Below, piece by piece: positions 23,663 through 35,704 of a stretch of 64,000 nt of DNA (the stretch's first letter is position 1; the number at the start of each line of letters is the position of its first letter). The notes under the pieces are model-generated. The model had not been told where the DNA came from. It saw only the letters and a list, made by a program, of their open reading frames with translations, and made no database searches. The position numbers and the translations under genes are program-made. The stretch is from Escherichia coli (GTDB taxonomy: Bacteria; Pseudomonadota; Gammaproteobacteria; Enterobacterales; Enterobacteriaceae). The DNA lies in assembly GCF_003790525.1 (NCBI RefSeq), contig NZ_CP033635.1; one strand, written 5' to 3'.

Positions 23663-24289
23663 ATGATTACGCTGTGGGGTCGGAATAATTCAACCAACGT
23701 AAAAAAAGTATTGCTGACGCTCGAAGAACTGGAACTACCTTATGAGCAAATTCTCGCGGGCCGTGAGTTTGGGATAAATCACGATGCTGATTTTCTGGCG
23801 ATGAACCCTAACGGGCTGGTGCCGTTGTTGCGTGACGACGAAAGTGATCTCATTCTTTGGGAATCAAACGCCATTGTCCGCTATCTGGCGGCACAGTACG
23901 GGCAAAAACGCCTGTGGATCGACTCACCGGCACGTCGTGCGGAAGCAGAAAAATGGATGGACTGGGCAAACCAGACGCTCAGTAATGCCCATCGCGGGAT
24001 CCTGATGGGATTAGTCAGAACACCACCGGAAGAGCGCGATCAGGCCGCCATTGATGCCAGTTGTAAAGAGTGCGACGCCCTGTTTGCCCTGCTCGATGCG
24101 GAACTGGCAAAAGTAAAATGGTTCTCCGGCGACGAGTTTGGTGTGGGCGATATCGCTATCGCACCGTTCATCTACAATTTGTTTAACGTTGGCCTGACCT
24201 GGACACCGCGTCCAAATCTGCAACGCTGGTATCAGCAACTCACTGAACGCCCCGCAGTGCGCAAAGTGGTGATGATTCCCGTTAGCTAA
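23663..24289 (+). CDS. gstB: Glutathione S-transferase GstB (YliJ)
   Basis: Start refined to MITLWGR (208 aa); the ORF-track 5' extension is not credited. Confidence 0.88.
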
Positions 24290-25401
24290 TTGCGTGGGCT
24301 AACTTTAAGTAATTCCCCACTGGACTCGTCGGTGAGAACGTATAAATAACCGTCGGGTCCAGTGCGAACATCACGAATTCGCTGCCCTCTGTCCGTTAAA
24401 ATACGGCCATCTTCTGTCACTTTGTCGCCGTTGACGCTCATCACAATGACATCTTTATCTTTCAGCGCGCCAATAAATAATTTTTGCTGCCACTGGGGGA
24501 ATTTATCGCTGTTATAGAAGGCCATGCCGCTCACGGCGGGCGAATCTTTCCAGTAAAAAACAGGTTGCTCGGTCCCGGCGACGATCTCCCCTTTCGCTTC
24601 CGGTATTTTAAAGCCCGAATAGTTGATTCCCCAGGTTGCCAGCGGCCAGCCGTAGTTTTTGCCTTTTTGCGGGATATTAATTTCATCGCCACCGCGCGGG
24701 CCATGTTCATTCAGCCATAGTGCATTACTCCACGGATTCATCGCCATTCCTTGCGGATTACGAATACCATAAGACCAGATCTCGGCGCGTGCACCGGATT
24801 CCTTTATAAAAGGATTATCATCCGGGATTTCGCCCTGGTCGGTCAGACGCACCAGTTTGCCCTGTAATTTATCCAGATCCTGCGCCGTCGGGCGCTGATT
24901 GTTTTCGCCCAGAGCAATAAAAAGATAACCTTTACCGTCGAATACCAGCCGCCCGCCAAAATGGTTGCCGGTAGACAGTTTTGGCATCTGGCGAAAGACG
25001 GTGCGGAAGTCGGTCACCTTTGAGAGATCATCACTTAAGCGGCCATAACCCACAGCAGTTCCGGCTTTGCCATCATCGCCAACTTCGGAATAACTTAACC
25101 AGATGCGGCGAGACTGAGCAAAATCAGGCGCTAAAACCACATCCAGCAGGCCACCCTGCCCGTGCGCCCAAACTTCCGGCACTCCGGAAAGCGGCGCAGA
25201 TAATCCTTTTCCTGCTTGCCAGTGACGCAACTCGCCGCCGCGCAGAGTGATTAACATACCGTGATTGTCGGGTAAAAAGGCCAGCGCCCAGGGATGGTCG
25301 AGTTTGTCTTGCAGTACTTCGACATTTACCGTTGCAGGAGCCGCCCAGAGAGCGGAAGAAAGACAAATAAGGGGCACAAGGAAAAAGGATTGTCGATGCA
25401 T
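24286..25401 (-). CDS. yliI: PQQ-dependent aldose sugar dehydrogenase YliI
   Basis: 371 aa with signal peptide; beta-propeller dehydrogenase; 4-nt convergent overlap with gstB. Confidence 0.88.
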
Positions 25402-25511
25402 AACGCCTCCGGATTGACTCTGGCTTAAAGCGTAGTCAGTGGAGGAGATAACAAATTCATTTTTACAAAAACTTAAACATGAAGGGGGAGACGCTTTCTC
25501 CCCCTTAGTTT

Positions 25512-25895
25512 TCAGGCCTTCTCAAGCATAGCGTGCTTCTGCAGGCTCTGGATACTCAGCGTTAAGCTCATCAGACAATTTTCAAGCTTATCGGCGTTGA
25601 CGGTAATAACAGTCGGGCAATCATGGTGCCCACTCATCAAACATACTGCGGCTGTCGCTAATGCTTCTTCAGCATGATGAAGAGCACTCCACTCTTCCTG
25701 ATCCAGATGAAGATTCAACCGCAGCGATTTATCGTGCAGTTCGCGATTCAGTTTAAAAAAGTTATCTCGTAGATGATTGCTTTCGCTGACGGACATGTAT
25801 CCTTTTGCCTTCCTCAGTTGCACGTATGCGGCGAGGTCAACGCGTGCGTCGATCAACCGGTTCAGCAGGTCGATTCGCTGTCTGTCAACGAACAT
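25512..25895 (-). CDS. bssR: Biofilm regulator BssR
   Basis: 127 aa; synteny. Confidence 0.85.
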   Translation of the reverse strand: MFVDRQRIDLLNRLIDARVDLAAYVQLRKAKGYMSVSESNHLRDNFFKLNRELHDKSLRLNLHLDQEEWSALHHAEEALATAAVCLMSGHHDCPTVITVNADKLENCLMSLTLSIQSLQKHAMLEKA

Positions 25896-26107
25896 ACTTC
25901 GATCCTCCTCTTTCCAGCCTTGTTGCAGTTAAATAGTATGGCTATTTTTTGAGCAAAATGCTGTCCAGGATCAATTCTTCACGCCGAATTAACAAAATTT
26001 ACATTTCCTTCGCCTCCGTCAGCGAATGAGATTGCGATACAAATTTTATCCAGAACTCTGTAGAATCCCTGCCCTGACCTTTCCTGTAACTGAATATTTT
26101 TTAAGCT

Positions 26108-27433
26108 ATGAGCAAAGTAACTCCCCGGCCGAAAATCGGCTTTGTTTCCCTTGGCTGTCCGAAAAACCTTGTCGATTCAGAGCGTATTCTCACCGAACTA
26201 CGCACTGAAGGTTATGACGTGGTACCGAGCTATGACGATGCGGACATGGTGATCGTCAACACCTGCGGCTTTATTGACAGCGCGGTACAAGAATCACTGG
26301 AAGCCATTGGTGAAGCGTTGAATGAAAACGGCAAGGTAATTGTGACCGGTTGTCTGGGGGCAAAAGAAGATCAGATCCGCGAAGTCCACCCGAAAGTGCT
26401 GGAAATCACCGGGCCTCATAGCTATGAGCAGGTTCTGGAGCACGTTCATCACTACGTGCCAAAACCGAAACACAACCCATTCCTGAGCCTGGTGCCAGAA
26501 CAAGGTGTGAAACTGACACCGCGTCATTATGCCTATCTGAAAATTTCTGAAGGCTGTAATCACCGCTGCACCTTCTGCATTATTCCGTCTATGCGCGGCG
26601 ACCTGGTGAGCCGTCCGATTGGCGAAGTGTTAAGTGAAGCGAAACGTCTGGTTGATGCGGGCGTTAAAGAGATTCTGGTGATCTCGCAGGATACTTCCGC
26701 GTATGGCGTCGATGTTAAACATCGTACTGGCTTCCACAACGGCGAGCCCGTAAAAACCAGCATGGTCAGCCTGTGCGAACAGTTATCGAAACTGGGGATC
26801 TGGACACGTCTGCACTACGTTTACCCTTATCCGCATGTGGACGACGTCATCCCACTGATGGCAGAAGGCAAAATCCTGCCGTATCTGGACATTCCGTTGC
26901 AGCACGCCAGCCCGCGCATTCTCAAACTGATGAAGCGTCCGGGTTCTGTAGATCGCCAACTGGCGCGCATCAAACAGTGGCGCGAAATCTGCCCGGAACT
27001 GACCCTACGCTCAACCTTTATTGTCGGCTTCCCTGGCGAGACGGAAGAAGATTTCCAGATGCTACTCGACTTCCTGAAAGAAGCACGTCTGGATCGCGTT
27101 GGCTGCTTTAAATACAGCCCGGTTGAAGGTGCAGACGCCAATGCCCTGCCTGACCAGGTTCCGGAAGAAGTGAAAGAAGAACGCTGGAACCGTTTCATGC
27201 AGTTGCAGCAGCAGATTTCCGCCGAGCGCCTGCAAGAGAAAGTGGGCCGTGAAATTCTGGTGATTATCGACGAAGTGGACGAAGAAGGTGCGATTGGTCG
27301 CAGCATGGCAGATGCACCGGAAATCGACGGCGCGGTTTATCTCAATGGTGAAACCAACGTTAAGCCGGGTGATATCCTGCGTGTGAAAGTCGAGCACGCC
27401 GATGAGTACGATTTGTGGGGTAGCCGGGTTTAA
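26108..27433 (+). CDS. rimO: Ribosomal protein S12 methylthiotransferase (radical SAM)
   Basis: CxxxCxxC radical-SAM motif (CNHRCTFC), MTTase N-terminal and TRAM domains; 441 aa. Confidence 0.92.
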   Translation: MSKVTPRPKIGFVSLGCPKNLVDSERILTELRTEGYDVVPSYDDADMVIVNTCGFIDSAVQESLEAIGEALNENGKVIVTGCLGAKEDQIREVHPKVLEITGPHSYEQVLEHVHHYVPKPKHNPFLSLVPEQGVKLTPRHYAYLKISEGCNHRCTFCIIPSMRGDLVSRPIGEVLSEAKRLVDAGVKEILVISQDTSAYGVDVKHRTGFHNGEPVKTSMVSLCEQLSKLGIWTRLHYVYPYPHVDDVIPLMAEGKILPYLDIPLQHASPRILKLMKRPGSVDRQLARIKQWREICPELTLRSTFIVGFPGETEEDFQMLLDFLKEARLDRVGCFKYSPVEGADANALPDQVPEEVKEERWNRFMQLQQQISAERLQEKVGREILVIIDEVDEEGAIGRSMADAPEIDGAVYLNGETNVKPGDILRVKVEHADEYDLWGSRV

Positions 27434-27617
27434 TTAATCTTAAGGCAGATCTAACAAGGATATTGTTCTTCGATCTGCCTCTGCTACCCTTCCCGATGTC
27501 CTACCCTTACGCACAAAATCCCCTGACGCATAAATCGAGAAAAATGTATCGTACTCGAGGCAACTCTCACTTTTTCACACCAAATTAAAGTTTTGATCGC
27601 AATTACTTGAAATAAGC

Positions 27618-27643
27618 GTAATGGTTACTATAGTAAACATTAC
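27618..27643. promoter_or_regulatory. Near-perfect inverted repeat upstream of the toxin gene; candidate operator
   Basis: gtaatggttacta / tagtaaacattac, arms match 12 of 13; lies just upstream of the SD (aagga) and ATG at 27659. Confidence 0.5.
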
Positions 27644-27658
27644 CACAAGGATGGATGT

Positions 27659-28045
27659 ATGGGTGTGTATAAGGCAAGACGATTCAGCCAAAGCACGAAA
27701 AAACTTGGTATTCACGATAAAGTTCTCATGGCTGCCGCTGAAGAAGTGATGCAGGGCATATGGGAGGCTGATTTAGGTAGCGGTGTCATCAAAAAACGTT
27801 TACCCCTCCAACAAGGAAAGAGTGGTGGAGCCAGAACAATTATCTTTTTTAAATCAGCAAATCATGTGTTTTTTTATGATGGTTGGTCCAAGAGTGGTCT
27901 AAGCAGTAAAGGAACCAAAGAAATCGAAGATGATGAACTGGCGGCCTACAAAAAAATGGCAAATGCATTTCTGGCCTTTAGCAATAAGCAAATAGAGGAT
28001 TTGATCGAAACTGGCTTTTTGATTGAGGTGAAAAATGAGCGATAA
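27659..28045 (+). CDS. Type II toxin, HigB-2 / RelE-like family
   Basis: 128 aa; GKSGGARTIIFF motif resembling the GxGGxRxI core of HigB-2-type toxins; toxin-first order with an 11-nt overlap onto an HTH gene; absent from this position in K-12. Confidence 0.7.
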   Translation: MGVYKARRFSQSTKKLGIHDKVLMAAAEEVMQGIWEADLGSGVIKKRLPLQQGKSGGARTIIFFKSANHVFFYDGWSKSGLSSKGTKEIEDDELAAYKKMANAFLAFSNKQIEDLIETGFLIEVKNER

Positions 28046-28364
28046 ATTACAAATGATGCTGGAAGATGCAAAGGAACTGAATGCACTGGGCCTGATGTCT
28101 GATAGTGAAGTTGATGCCATTGCCGTCATGGTCAAAGCTCGTGAAGTCAGCGCCCGTATAGCCAAAGTCAAATCAATGACGGGTGAAGAGATCAAAGCCA
28201 TCCGCACCCGATACGGCATGTCACAATCCGTGCTGGCACATACAATGGGAATGTCAAAAGAAAGTGTCTCGAAATGGGAACGTAATGAAATAAAACCGAG
28301 CGGCCCGGCATTACGTATTTTGAATACATTGGCAATAAAAGGGCCGGAAGTTTTTGCAAAGTAA
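28035..28364 (+). CDS. HTH (XRE-type) antitoxin, HigA-2-like
   Basis: 109 aa; C-terminal HTH (GMSQSVLAHTMGMSKESVSKWE) after an N-terminal extension; translationally coupled to the toxin. Confidence 0.7.
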   Translation: MSDKLQMMLEDAKELNALGLMSDSEVDAIAVMVKAREVSARIAKVKSMTGEEIKAIRTRYGMSQSVLAHTMGMSKESVSKWERNEIKPSGPALRILNTLAIKGPEVFAK

Positions 28365-28433
28365 AATGTTTGCAAATGATTTACCACATTCATTAGTACC
28401 CCTTGATTAAGGGGTACTAACACTATTCTAATT

Positions 28434-29762
28434 CTACTGCCAGCTAATCTGCGCCCTGCCGTTTTTCTTACTCTTATACAGCCGCTCATCCGCCAGCATT
28501 TTCAAGCGTTCGACGGTAGGACATTCATTTGAATGCGCTACACCGATACTGGTACTTAAATTAATGCTTCCCACCTGGAAATGAACGATTTCTTTTAGAA
28601 TCGATAGCAACTCTTCCAGCGTTCCACCCGTATAAATCACCGCAAATTCGTCACCACCGAAGCGGTAGACTTTACCTTTATCTACCGGGATCTGTGATTT
28701 AAGGATTTTCACCACTTTCATCAACACTTCATCGCCCAGCAAATGACCGAAGGTGTCGTTGATGTTTTTGAATTTATCGACATCAAAAAGACACAGATAG
28801 CCGCCTTTTTCCGGCAGGGCTTTTAAATCTTCGTCAAAGGATTTTCTGCCCATTGCTTTGGTCAGGTCATCCAGGAACGCCGAGTTATACAGACTGTAGA
28901 GTTTTTTGACATCGGCAGCCGAAAAGAAAAGCCCGCCATCCAGTACGCGTTCAAAATGGTTATTAATGATGGCTTCTTTCTCCACAACACCACGATTAAT
29001 CACTCTGCGTACCAGATAGAGGCAACTGGCACCCGATATCACTGCCACCAATGCGGCAAAGAAAATAATCAATGTACAGACCCGCAAATAAACATCTTTT
29101 TTATACGCAAATACGTACAATCCGGTCGGCAAATAGGCGAAGTGCTCCATCGCTTCCGAAACGGTGAAGATGGCGTTTTTAGCATTATATTCATCACCGG
29201 TCACCGGTTTACCGTTCTTAAACAGAGAGAACATCAGGTTCTCGCTGTCCATCGCCAGCGATTTTGACAGTAAAGAAAAACGTTCCAGACCAAGCAAAAA
29301 TATCAGACTGCGATTGTGAGTTACCGGATAGAGGTAATAGACGAAGGTTTTACCGTCAAAAGAGATAAACCCTGTATTTTTGACATGTCGATACTTCACA
29401 ACCTGCATAATATCTGCACAATAATTTTTCTCGAACTCCTTTACCTGAATACATTCGTCACTGGAAATCAGATAAGGACCGACATCGTACAAATAAGAGG
29501 GTGAAAGCGAGTCGGCGTAAGCTGTGCGTAAGCCAACCAACAGCTGTTCCTCCGTAGGATTTAGCGTGTTGATCAGATCAATTGCCACACTACGCCGATA
29601 TTCAGCAATATTTGCCACCGCAAAAGCAGTATCAATAACGGACTGTTTCAGGCCATACACCCGTTCCTTTACCATTTGAGTGTAGATCCCGCAGGCAACT
29701 GCTGAAATCATGATAAAAATCAGCAGACTGACTGTAAGTACGAATTTATTGATTCTGGACAT
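28434..29762 (-). CDS. dgcI: Diguanylate cyclase (GGDEF domain), membrane-anchored
   Basis: 442 aa; RFGGDEF active-site motif; synteny (yliF). Confidence 0.88.
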   Translation of the reverse strand: MSRINKFVLTVSLLIFIMISAVACGIYTQMVKERVYGLKQSVIDTAFAVANIAEYRRSVAIDLINTLNPTEEQLLVGLRTAYADSLSPSYLYDVGPYLISSDECIQVKEFEKNYCADIMQVVKYRHVKNTGFISFDGKTFVYYLYPVTHNRSLIFLLGLERFSLLSKSLAMDSENLMFSLFKNGKPVTGDEYNAKNAIFTVSEAMEHFAYLPTGLYVFAYKKDVYLRVCTLIIFFAALVAVISGASCLYLVRRVINRGVVEKEAIINNHFERVLDGGLFFSAADVKKLYSLYNSAFLDDLTKAMGRKSFDEDLKALPEKGGYLCLFDVDKFKNINDTFGHLLGDEVLMKVVKILKSQIPVDKGKVYRFGGDEFAVIYTGGTLEELLSILKEIVHFQVGSINLSTSIGVAHSNECPTVERLKMLADERLYKSKKNGRAQISWQ

Positions 29763-29769
29763 ACGTAAA

Positions 29770-32118
29770 CTACTCTTTTACTAATTTTCCACTTTTATCC
29801 CAGGCGGAGAACGGCATGGGTTTCTGGTACAGATACCCCTGAGCCTGAACACATCCTAATTTGATTAATTCGCGCGCAACGTCTTCGCTCTCTACGCCTT
29901 CCGCAATCACCGGGATCCGGTTATAGCGTGCCAGATCGAAAATAATGCGCACAATTTTTCCCGCAGTACCGAAAATATCGCCGGTAAATTGTGAGTCCAC
30001 TTTTATGCTATCTGGATTAATTTCATAAAAACGTTTCAGGTTTGACAAACCGGTGCCAAAGTCATCAATCGATATCCGTACCCCTTGTTTACGCAGTTGT
30101 TCAATATTGAGATAAAAATGTTCATTAATTCGCTCAATCACGGTTTCAGTGATCTCAACACAGAGGCTGTTCACCTTCAGGCCATTTTCTTCCATGATGG
30201 TGGTAAAACGCTCATGAAAGTGTGGTTCGTTTAACTGCCAGGGCGAAACATTAATATGCAGTAAGAAACCGTCCTTCAGGACCGCACGCTGACTAAAATG
30301 TCTGAATTCACCCATCGCGGTTTTAATAATCTGATAACCCAGCTCATTGATAAACCCGATATCTTCAGCAATGGTAATGAACTTTAGCGGTGAAATGATC
30401 CCCCGCTCCGCAGACACCCAACGGCACAACGCCTCCGCGCCCAGAATGGCGCGGGTGTTAATATCAACGATCGGTTGATAGACGAGGAATAGTTCGCCAA
30501 TTTCCATTGCATGGCGAATATTACGCGCAATCCAGATATTCTCTTCTATTTCGTTGAGTTTCGCATCATCACAGAAAATAAACTCTGAGAACATATGGTT
30601 GCGGATACTGGAAATCGCCAGTTTCAGCTTTTCTGCGTAACTCCAGGCGTTTTCCCCCTGCAAAGGTTCACAAATAGCAGACTTATGGATGCGCAGATTG
30701 CGGTAGCCAAAACTGCTGTCAAAATCGTTTACCGTCGCTATCTTACGGGTAAACGTCTGTACATTTTCCCGGCACAGGAGTAAATAGAGATCGGCATTAA
30801 ATGTCACGATATCGCAGCATTGCGCATATTTCTCGGCAATTCGCTGACACAATTTTCTGACGATTTTATTGCGTTCATCAACACCAAACACCGCTTCCAC
30901 GGCTTCCAGACCACACAGTTTGATGATCCCCACAGCCAGATACTGATTATTGTTGGACTCAATAATCGCCATATTTTTAATAAAACCGCTTTCCTGATCG
31001 TAAGAGATCAGTGAGAGCAATTTATTTGACCGTTCAATTTCGGCATCTTTCATTTCCGCGATCGAATTTTTGATGCTGATAATCTCTTTCGCATCGCCTT
31101 CGCGAATTTTCAGAGCCTCGATCTGATCCGTTGAGTCGGGCAAAAACGCCAGCGTATTAACCAGCTCGGTCATTTCAGAAAATTGCCGACGGAACACACG
31201 AGTGGTCATTAAATAAACCACCAACAATACGATAATAATGAACGCAAACGGCAGATAAAAAAGTTTATCTGATGCGTTCAATAAATTACCGCCAGGATAA
31301 TAAAAATAGATTTCGAATAATGCGTTGTTTGGCACCACTGATGTTTTTTCGATATATTCAGTATCGACAGAATCAATAATATTATAATTACCTTCGCTAT
31401 TATAAATAATCAGTTTTTCACGCGCGAGTTGATTCTTGGCAATGATCTCATGGCCTTGTTTCAAAAATAGAACTTCATCATTAGCGCTGATGTGATCAAG
31501 ATACTCGTTCAGATATCGCCAGTTTAAATCGACATGTATTTTATCCACCGCTAACAAATCGTGATCTTTGCCGTTGATGCGTAGCGTAAAAGAGATACAT
31601 TTTTTACCCGGACGATCAAAGCAATTGTATGCCGGATACCAGCTGTTGTTAGAGTCATCTGAAGCCACCGACCACGGTCGTTTCGATGGGTTAAAATCGG
31701 CAAAAATAACCCGCCCTGACTCGTCGACAAGCGGTCCATTTACTTGTTCCTGATGATAAACAACGATTTTATCATTCGTCCTCCGCGAAAAGAGATAATA
31801 TTTATTATCATCAAGTACCAGTCCCACCGAGTCTAAAAATGGCATCATTTCCATTTTCAGAATTACGGCGCGTTGAATCTCCTCTGTATTTTTTAATAAA
31901 TATAGTGAGTCCTTTAATGTCAGGGCCGAACGTTCAATATCTTTAAAGAAATAGCCAACGTTTTTCTGAATAAGTTCAAAGCGGCTATCGGCACGTTTTA
32001 CCGCGCGTTCCGATACCAGTTGATAGTTAATGATGAAAAAAAGACCAATAAATGACAGTGCTGCCAATAAAAATAAAATTATCAGCCTTATCTTTATCTT
32101 TTCGTATAAACTCAGCAT
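29770..32118 (-). CDS. pdeI: c-di-GMP phosphodiesterase (EAL domain), membrane-anchored
   Basis: 782 aa; EAL-domain motifs (EALCRW); synteny (yliE). Confidence 0.88.
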   Translation of the reverse strand: MLSLYEKIKIRLIILFLLAALSFIGLFFIINYQLVSERAVKRADSRFELIQKNVGYFFKDIERSALTLKDSLYLLKNTEEIQRAVILKMEMMPFLDSVGLVLDDNKYYLFSRRTNDKIVVYHQEQVNGPLVDESGRVIFADFNPSKRPWSVASDDSNNSWYPAYNCFDRPGKKCISFTLRINGKDHDLLAVDKIHVDLNWRYLNEYLDHISANDEVLFLKQGHEIIAKNQLAREKLIIYNSEGNYNIIDSVDTEYIEKTSVVPNNALFEIYFYYPGGNLLNASDKLFYLPFAFIIIVLLVVYLMTTRVFRRQFSEMTELVNTLAFLPDSTDQIEALKIREGDAKEIISIKNSIAEMKDAEIERSNKLLSLISYDQESGFIKNMAIIESNNNQYLAVGIIKLCGLEAVEAVFGVDERNKIVRKLCQRIAEKYAQCCDIVTFNADLYLLLCRENVQTFTRKIATVNDFDSSFGYRNLRIHKSAICEPLQGENAWSYAEKLKLAISSIRNHMFSEFIFCDDAKLNEIEENIWIARNIRHAMEIGELFLVYQPIVDINTRAILGAEALCRWVSAERGIISPLKFITIAEDIGFINELGYQIIKTAMGEFRHFSQRAVLKDGFLLHINVSPWQLNEPHFHERFTTIMEENGLKVNSLCVEITETVIERINEHFYLNIEQLRKQGVRISIDDFGTGLSNLKRFYEINPDSIKVDSQFTGDIFGTAGKIVRIIFDLARYNRIPVIAEGVESEDVARELIKLGCVQAQGYLYQKPMPFSAWDKSGKLVKE

Positions 32119-32294
32119 GTTAATACATTTAACAAAATAACTGTCTGAACGCTGTGCCGCTGCAAAATAGTCCCTTGCTGCGGCTTTTTAACCAAATTAC
32201 CCGATTCTACAAAATCAGCAGAAAGTTACAACACTTGCTTAGGGCAATAATTTCCTGTGAGGTGATTACCCTTTCAAGCAATATTCAAACGTAA

Positions 32295-33206
32295 CTATCC
32301 TTTAATTTTCGGATCCAGCGCATCGCGTAAACCATCGCCCAACAAATTGAACGCCAGTACGGTCAGAAAAATAGCCAGGGCCGGAAAAACAGCGACATGC
32401 GGCGCGATAACCATATCCGCTCGTGCCTCATTGAGCATTGCTCCCCACTCTGGTGTCGGCGGCTGCGCACCGAGGCCGAGAAATGACAGGCTGGCGGCAG
32501 AGATAATCGAGGTACCAATGCGCATGGTGAAAAACACCACGATAGAAGAGACGGTCCCAGGCAGGATATGACGCAATAAAATGGTCATATCGCTGGCACC
32601 AATACTGCGTGCTGACTCGATAAAGGTTTGCTGTTTCAACACCAGCGTGTTGCCGCGCACCAGCCGGGCAAACGCGGGGATGGAAAAAATGGCGACTGCG
32701 ATAATCACGTTAGCAATGCCGCTTCCCAACACCGCAACAACAGCGATCGCCAGTAAAATACCCGGGAAGGCAAACAGCACATCGCAAATACGCATGATCA
32801 GCCGATCCCACCAGCCTTCATAATATCCAGCCAGCAAGCCCAGCAACGTCCCGATCGCCGCACCGATAAACACGGCAAACACGCCCGCCGCCAGCGAGAT
32901 TTGCGCACCAACCAGGACACGGCTGAAAATGTCGCGCCCCAGTGAATCGACGCCAAACCAGTGCTGCAAAGAAGGTCCGTTATTCAGATTGTCATAATCA
33001 AAATAATTTTCGGCGTCATAGGGAGCGATCCAGCGTGCAAAAATGGCCACCACAATCAATAAAATAACGAATAATGCGGCGGTCATCGCCATATGCTGAC
33101 GGCGAAATCGTCGCCAGAATTCATACCACGGTGTACGCACCTGGTCAGGTTTGACCAGTGGCATGGCGTTTAACACCGCCTGACGTCGCCAGTTAAATAG
33201 TCGCAT
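32295..33206 (-). CDS. gsiD: Glutathione ABC transporter permease
   Basis: 303 aa permease; operon position. Confidence 0.9.
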   Translation of the reverse strand: MRLFNWRRQAVLNAMPLVKPDQVRTPWYEFWRRFRRQHMAMTAALFVILLIVVAIFARWIAPYDAENYFDYDNLNNGPSLQHWFGVDSLGRDIFSRVLVGAQISLAAGVFAVFIGAAIGTLLGLLAGYYEGWWDRLIMRICDVLFAFPGILLAIAVVAVLGSGIANVIIAVAIFSIPAFARLVRGNTLVLKQQTFIESARSIGASDMTILLRHILPGTVSSIVVFFTMRIGTSIISAASLSFLGLGAQPPTPEWGAMLNEARADMVIAPHVAVFPALAIFLTVLAFNLLGDGLRDALDPKIKG

Positions 33207-33208
33207 CC

Positions 33209-34129
33209 TTACTTGTACCTGATAGCCGGGTTAATGGCGGCGTAAAGCACATCCACCACTAAGTTGATAAGAATAAATTCCAGCGAGAAAAGCAGAATTT
33301 CCGCCTGAATCACCGGGTAATCGCGCATTTCTACGGAGTCAACGAGTAAGCGTCCAAGTCCGGGCCAGTTGAAAACTTTCTCCACCACGATAGAACCACC
33401 GAGCAAAAAGCCAAACTGTAAGCCCATCATGGTCACTACCGGGATCATCGCGTTACGTAGCCCGTGTTTGAGGACAACCCAGGTTTCGCTCACCCCTTTC
33501 GCCCTCGCGGTACGCATATAATCTTCGCTTAAAACATCGACAAACGACGCGCGGGTAAAGCGCGCCATCACGGCTGCCACTGCCGCGCCGAGCGTCAGGG
33601 AGGGTAAAATGTAGTGCTGCCAACTGTCTGCTCCCACGGTAGGCAGCCAGCCCAGTTCAACGGAGAATACCTGAATTAAAAGCATCCCCAGAGCAAATGC
33701 CGGAAACGAGATCCCCGACACCGCAATGGTCATACTCAATCGATCCGGCCAACGGTTACGCCAGACGGCGGCGATAATTCCCGCCGCCATACCAAATATC
33801 ACCGCCCAGACCATACTGGTTATGGTCAGCCACAGCGTTGGCATAAAGCGGCTGGCAATCTCATCAGCAACCGGACGACGCGACACCATCGACAGGCCAA
33901 AATCTCCCTGCACAGCATTGCTGATATAGTGCCAGAACTGGTGATACAGCGGCTGATCCAACCCCAGCTGCTGACGCACCAGTTCTATAACCTGCGCATC
34001 AGCTTCGGGCCCGGCAATTAATCGCGCCGGATCGCCGGGCAGCATATGGACAAATAAAAACACCAGCACCGAGACGATAAACAGCGTCGGAATCAACCCC
34101 AGCAAGCGTTTGATAACGTAATTAAGCAT
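33209..34129 (-). CDS. gsiC: Glutathione ABC transporter permease
   Basis: 306 aa permease. Confidence 0.9.
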   Translation of the reverse strand: MLNYVIKRLLGLIPTLFIVSVLVFLFVHMLPGDPARLIAGPEADAQVIELVRQQLGLDQPLYHQFWHYISNAVQGDFGLSMVSRRPVADEIASRFMPTLWLTITSMVWAVIFGMAAGIIAAVWRNRWPDRLSMTIAVSGISFPAFALGMLLIQVFSVELGWLPTVGADSWQHYILPSLTLGAAVAAVMARFTRASFVDVLSEDYMRTARAKGVSETWVVLKHGLRNAMIPVVTMMGLQFGFLLGGSIVVEKVFNWPGLGRLLVDSVEMRDYPVIQAEILLFSLEFILINLVVDVLYAAINPAIRYK

Positions 34130-34146
34130 TCCACTCCCTGCGTTGC

Positions 34147-35685
34147 TTATTGCAAATCTGCGTCTTCAAAGCTGAAGCCGGTGTCTGGCATGATCCAAAA
34201 ACCGGTCAGGTTTTTACTGTGTGCCGACACCAGTTTTTCTACCACCAGCGGGATCCACGGCGACTCTTGCCAGATGATATCCTGCGCCGCCTTATATAAA
34301 CGGGTCTTTTCCGCCGGATCATTAGTTTTTAGTGCCTGAGCCAGGAAGTCATCCACCTGTTTATTGCTGTAAAACGCGGTATTAAACAGCGTTGGTGGCC
34401 AGTTTTGCGAGGCAAACAGCGGCGATAGTGCCCAGTCAGCTTCGCCGGTTGAAGCCGACCAGCCAGTGTAGAACATCCGCACGCCGCTCTCTTTTTGCCC
34501 TTTACCTTCGACTTCTGCCGCCCGCTGTCCGGCATCCATCGCAGTCACCTGGGCTTTAATCCCGACCTGCGCTAACTGCTGCTGGGTAAATTGCAGCACT
34601 TTCTGCGCGGTGCTGTGGTTATGTGACGACCACAGCGTGGTACTGAAACCGTTGGGATATCCCGCCTCTTTCAGTAATTCGCGCGCTTTCACTGGATCGT
34701 AAGGCCACGGTTTATAACTTTGCGCATAGGCGATACTCGGCGGTACCACACCAGTAGCTGGCGTTGCATAGCCCGCGAAGGCCACTTTCACCAGCGCCGG
34801 GCGGTTAATGGCGTAATTCAGCGCCTCACGGACCTTCGGGTTATCGAACGGCTTTTGCGTCACGTTCATACTGATATAACGCTGCATAATTGACGGACTG
34901 GCCATCAACTCGATATTTTTGTTTTTCTCCAGCAATGCGGCCTGCTCGTAAGGAATGGGGAAAGCAAACTGCGCTTCACCGGTTTGTAGCATTGCCGCGC
35001 GGGTGTTGTTATCCGCAACCGGACGCCAGGTTATGCTGTCCAGTTTGGGCAATCCTGGCTGCCAGTAACCCGCGAATTTTTTCACCTTCACAAAATCGGT
35101 CTGATTCCAGGTATCCAGTTCATACGGCCCGGTTCCCACCGGATGAAAACCAATATCCTTGCCATATTTTTCCAGCGCTGCCGGCGAAATCATCGCGGTC
35201 GCCGGATGGGCAAGAATATTAATAAACGCTGAGAACGGCTGTTTGAGGGTAATCTTTACCGTTGTTGGATCGATCGCTTCCGTTTTGGCAATATTCTTAT
35301 ACAGGTTGTAGCGTTTAAGATGATTCGCCGGATCGCTGGCCCGGTCCAGATTCGCTTTTACCGCCGCTGCGTTGAAGTCGGTTCCATCCTGGAATTTAAT
35401 TCCTTCCCGCAGTTTCACGGTGTAAGTAAGGCCGTCATCGGAAACGGTATAACTCTCCGCCAGCACGTTTTTCAGTTTCATCTCTTTATCCAGACCGAAC
35501 AGCCCCTGGTAAAACGATTTCGCTACGGCCTGAGATAACGTGTCATTCGCGTCATATGGATCGAGCGTGGTGAAGTTCGATCCTACCGCCACCACCACAT
35601 CTTTGGCAGCGAATGCACAAGATGCCATCAACGCTGTCGCAATGCCCAGCGCCACTAACCCACTACGGTGTACAGCTCTTGCCAT
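34147..35685 (-). CDS. gsiB: Glutathione-binding periplasmic protein
   Basis: Start refined to [20 protein letters not shown] (signal peptide; 512 aa); the 89-codon upstream extension in the ORF track is not credited. Confidence 0.88.
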   Translation of the reverse strand: MARAVHRSGLVALGIATALMASCAFAAKDVVVAVGSNFTTLDPYDANDTLSQAVAKSFYQGLFGLDKEMKLKNVLAESYTVSDDGLTYTVKLREGIKFQDGTDFNAAAVKANLDRASDPANHLKRYNLYKNIAKTEAIDPTTVKITLKQPFSAFINILAHPATAMISPAALEKYGKDIGFHPVGTGPYELDTWNQTDFVKVKKFAGYWQPGLPKLDSITWRPVADNNTRAAMLQTGEAQFAFPIPYEQAALLEKNKNIELMASPSIMQRYISMNVTQKPFDNPKVREALNYAINRPALVKVAFAGYATPATGVVPPSIAYAQSYKPWPYDPVKARELLKEAGYPNGFSTTLWSSHNHSTAQKVLQFTQQQLAQVGIKAQVTAMDAGQRAAEVEGKGQKESGVRMFYTGWSASTGEADWALSPLFASQNWPPTLFNTAFYSNKQVDDFLAQALKTNDPAEKTRLYKAAQDIIWQESPWIPLVVEKLVSAHSKNLTGFWIMPDTGFSFEDADLQ

Positions 35686-35704
35686 TTTATTCTCCGCCTG
35701 AATG

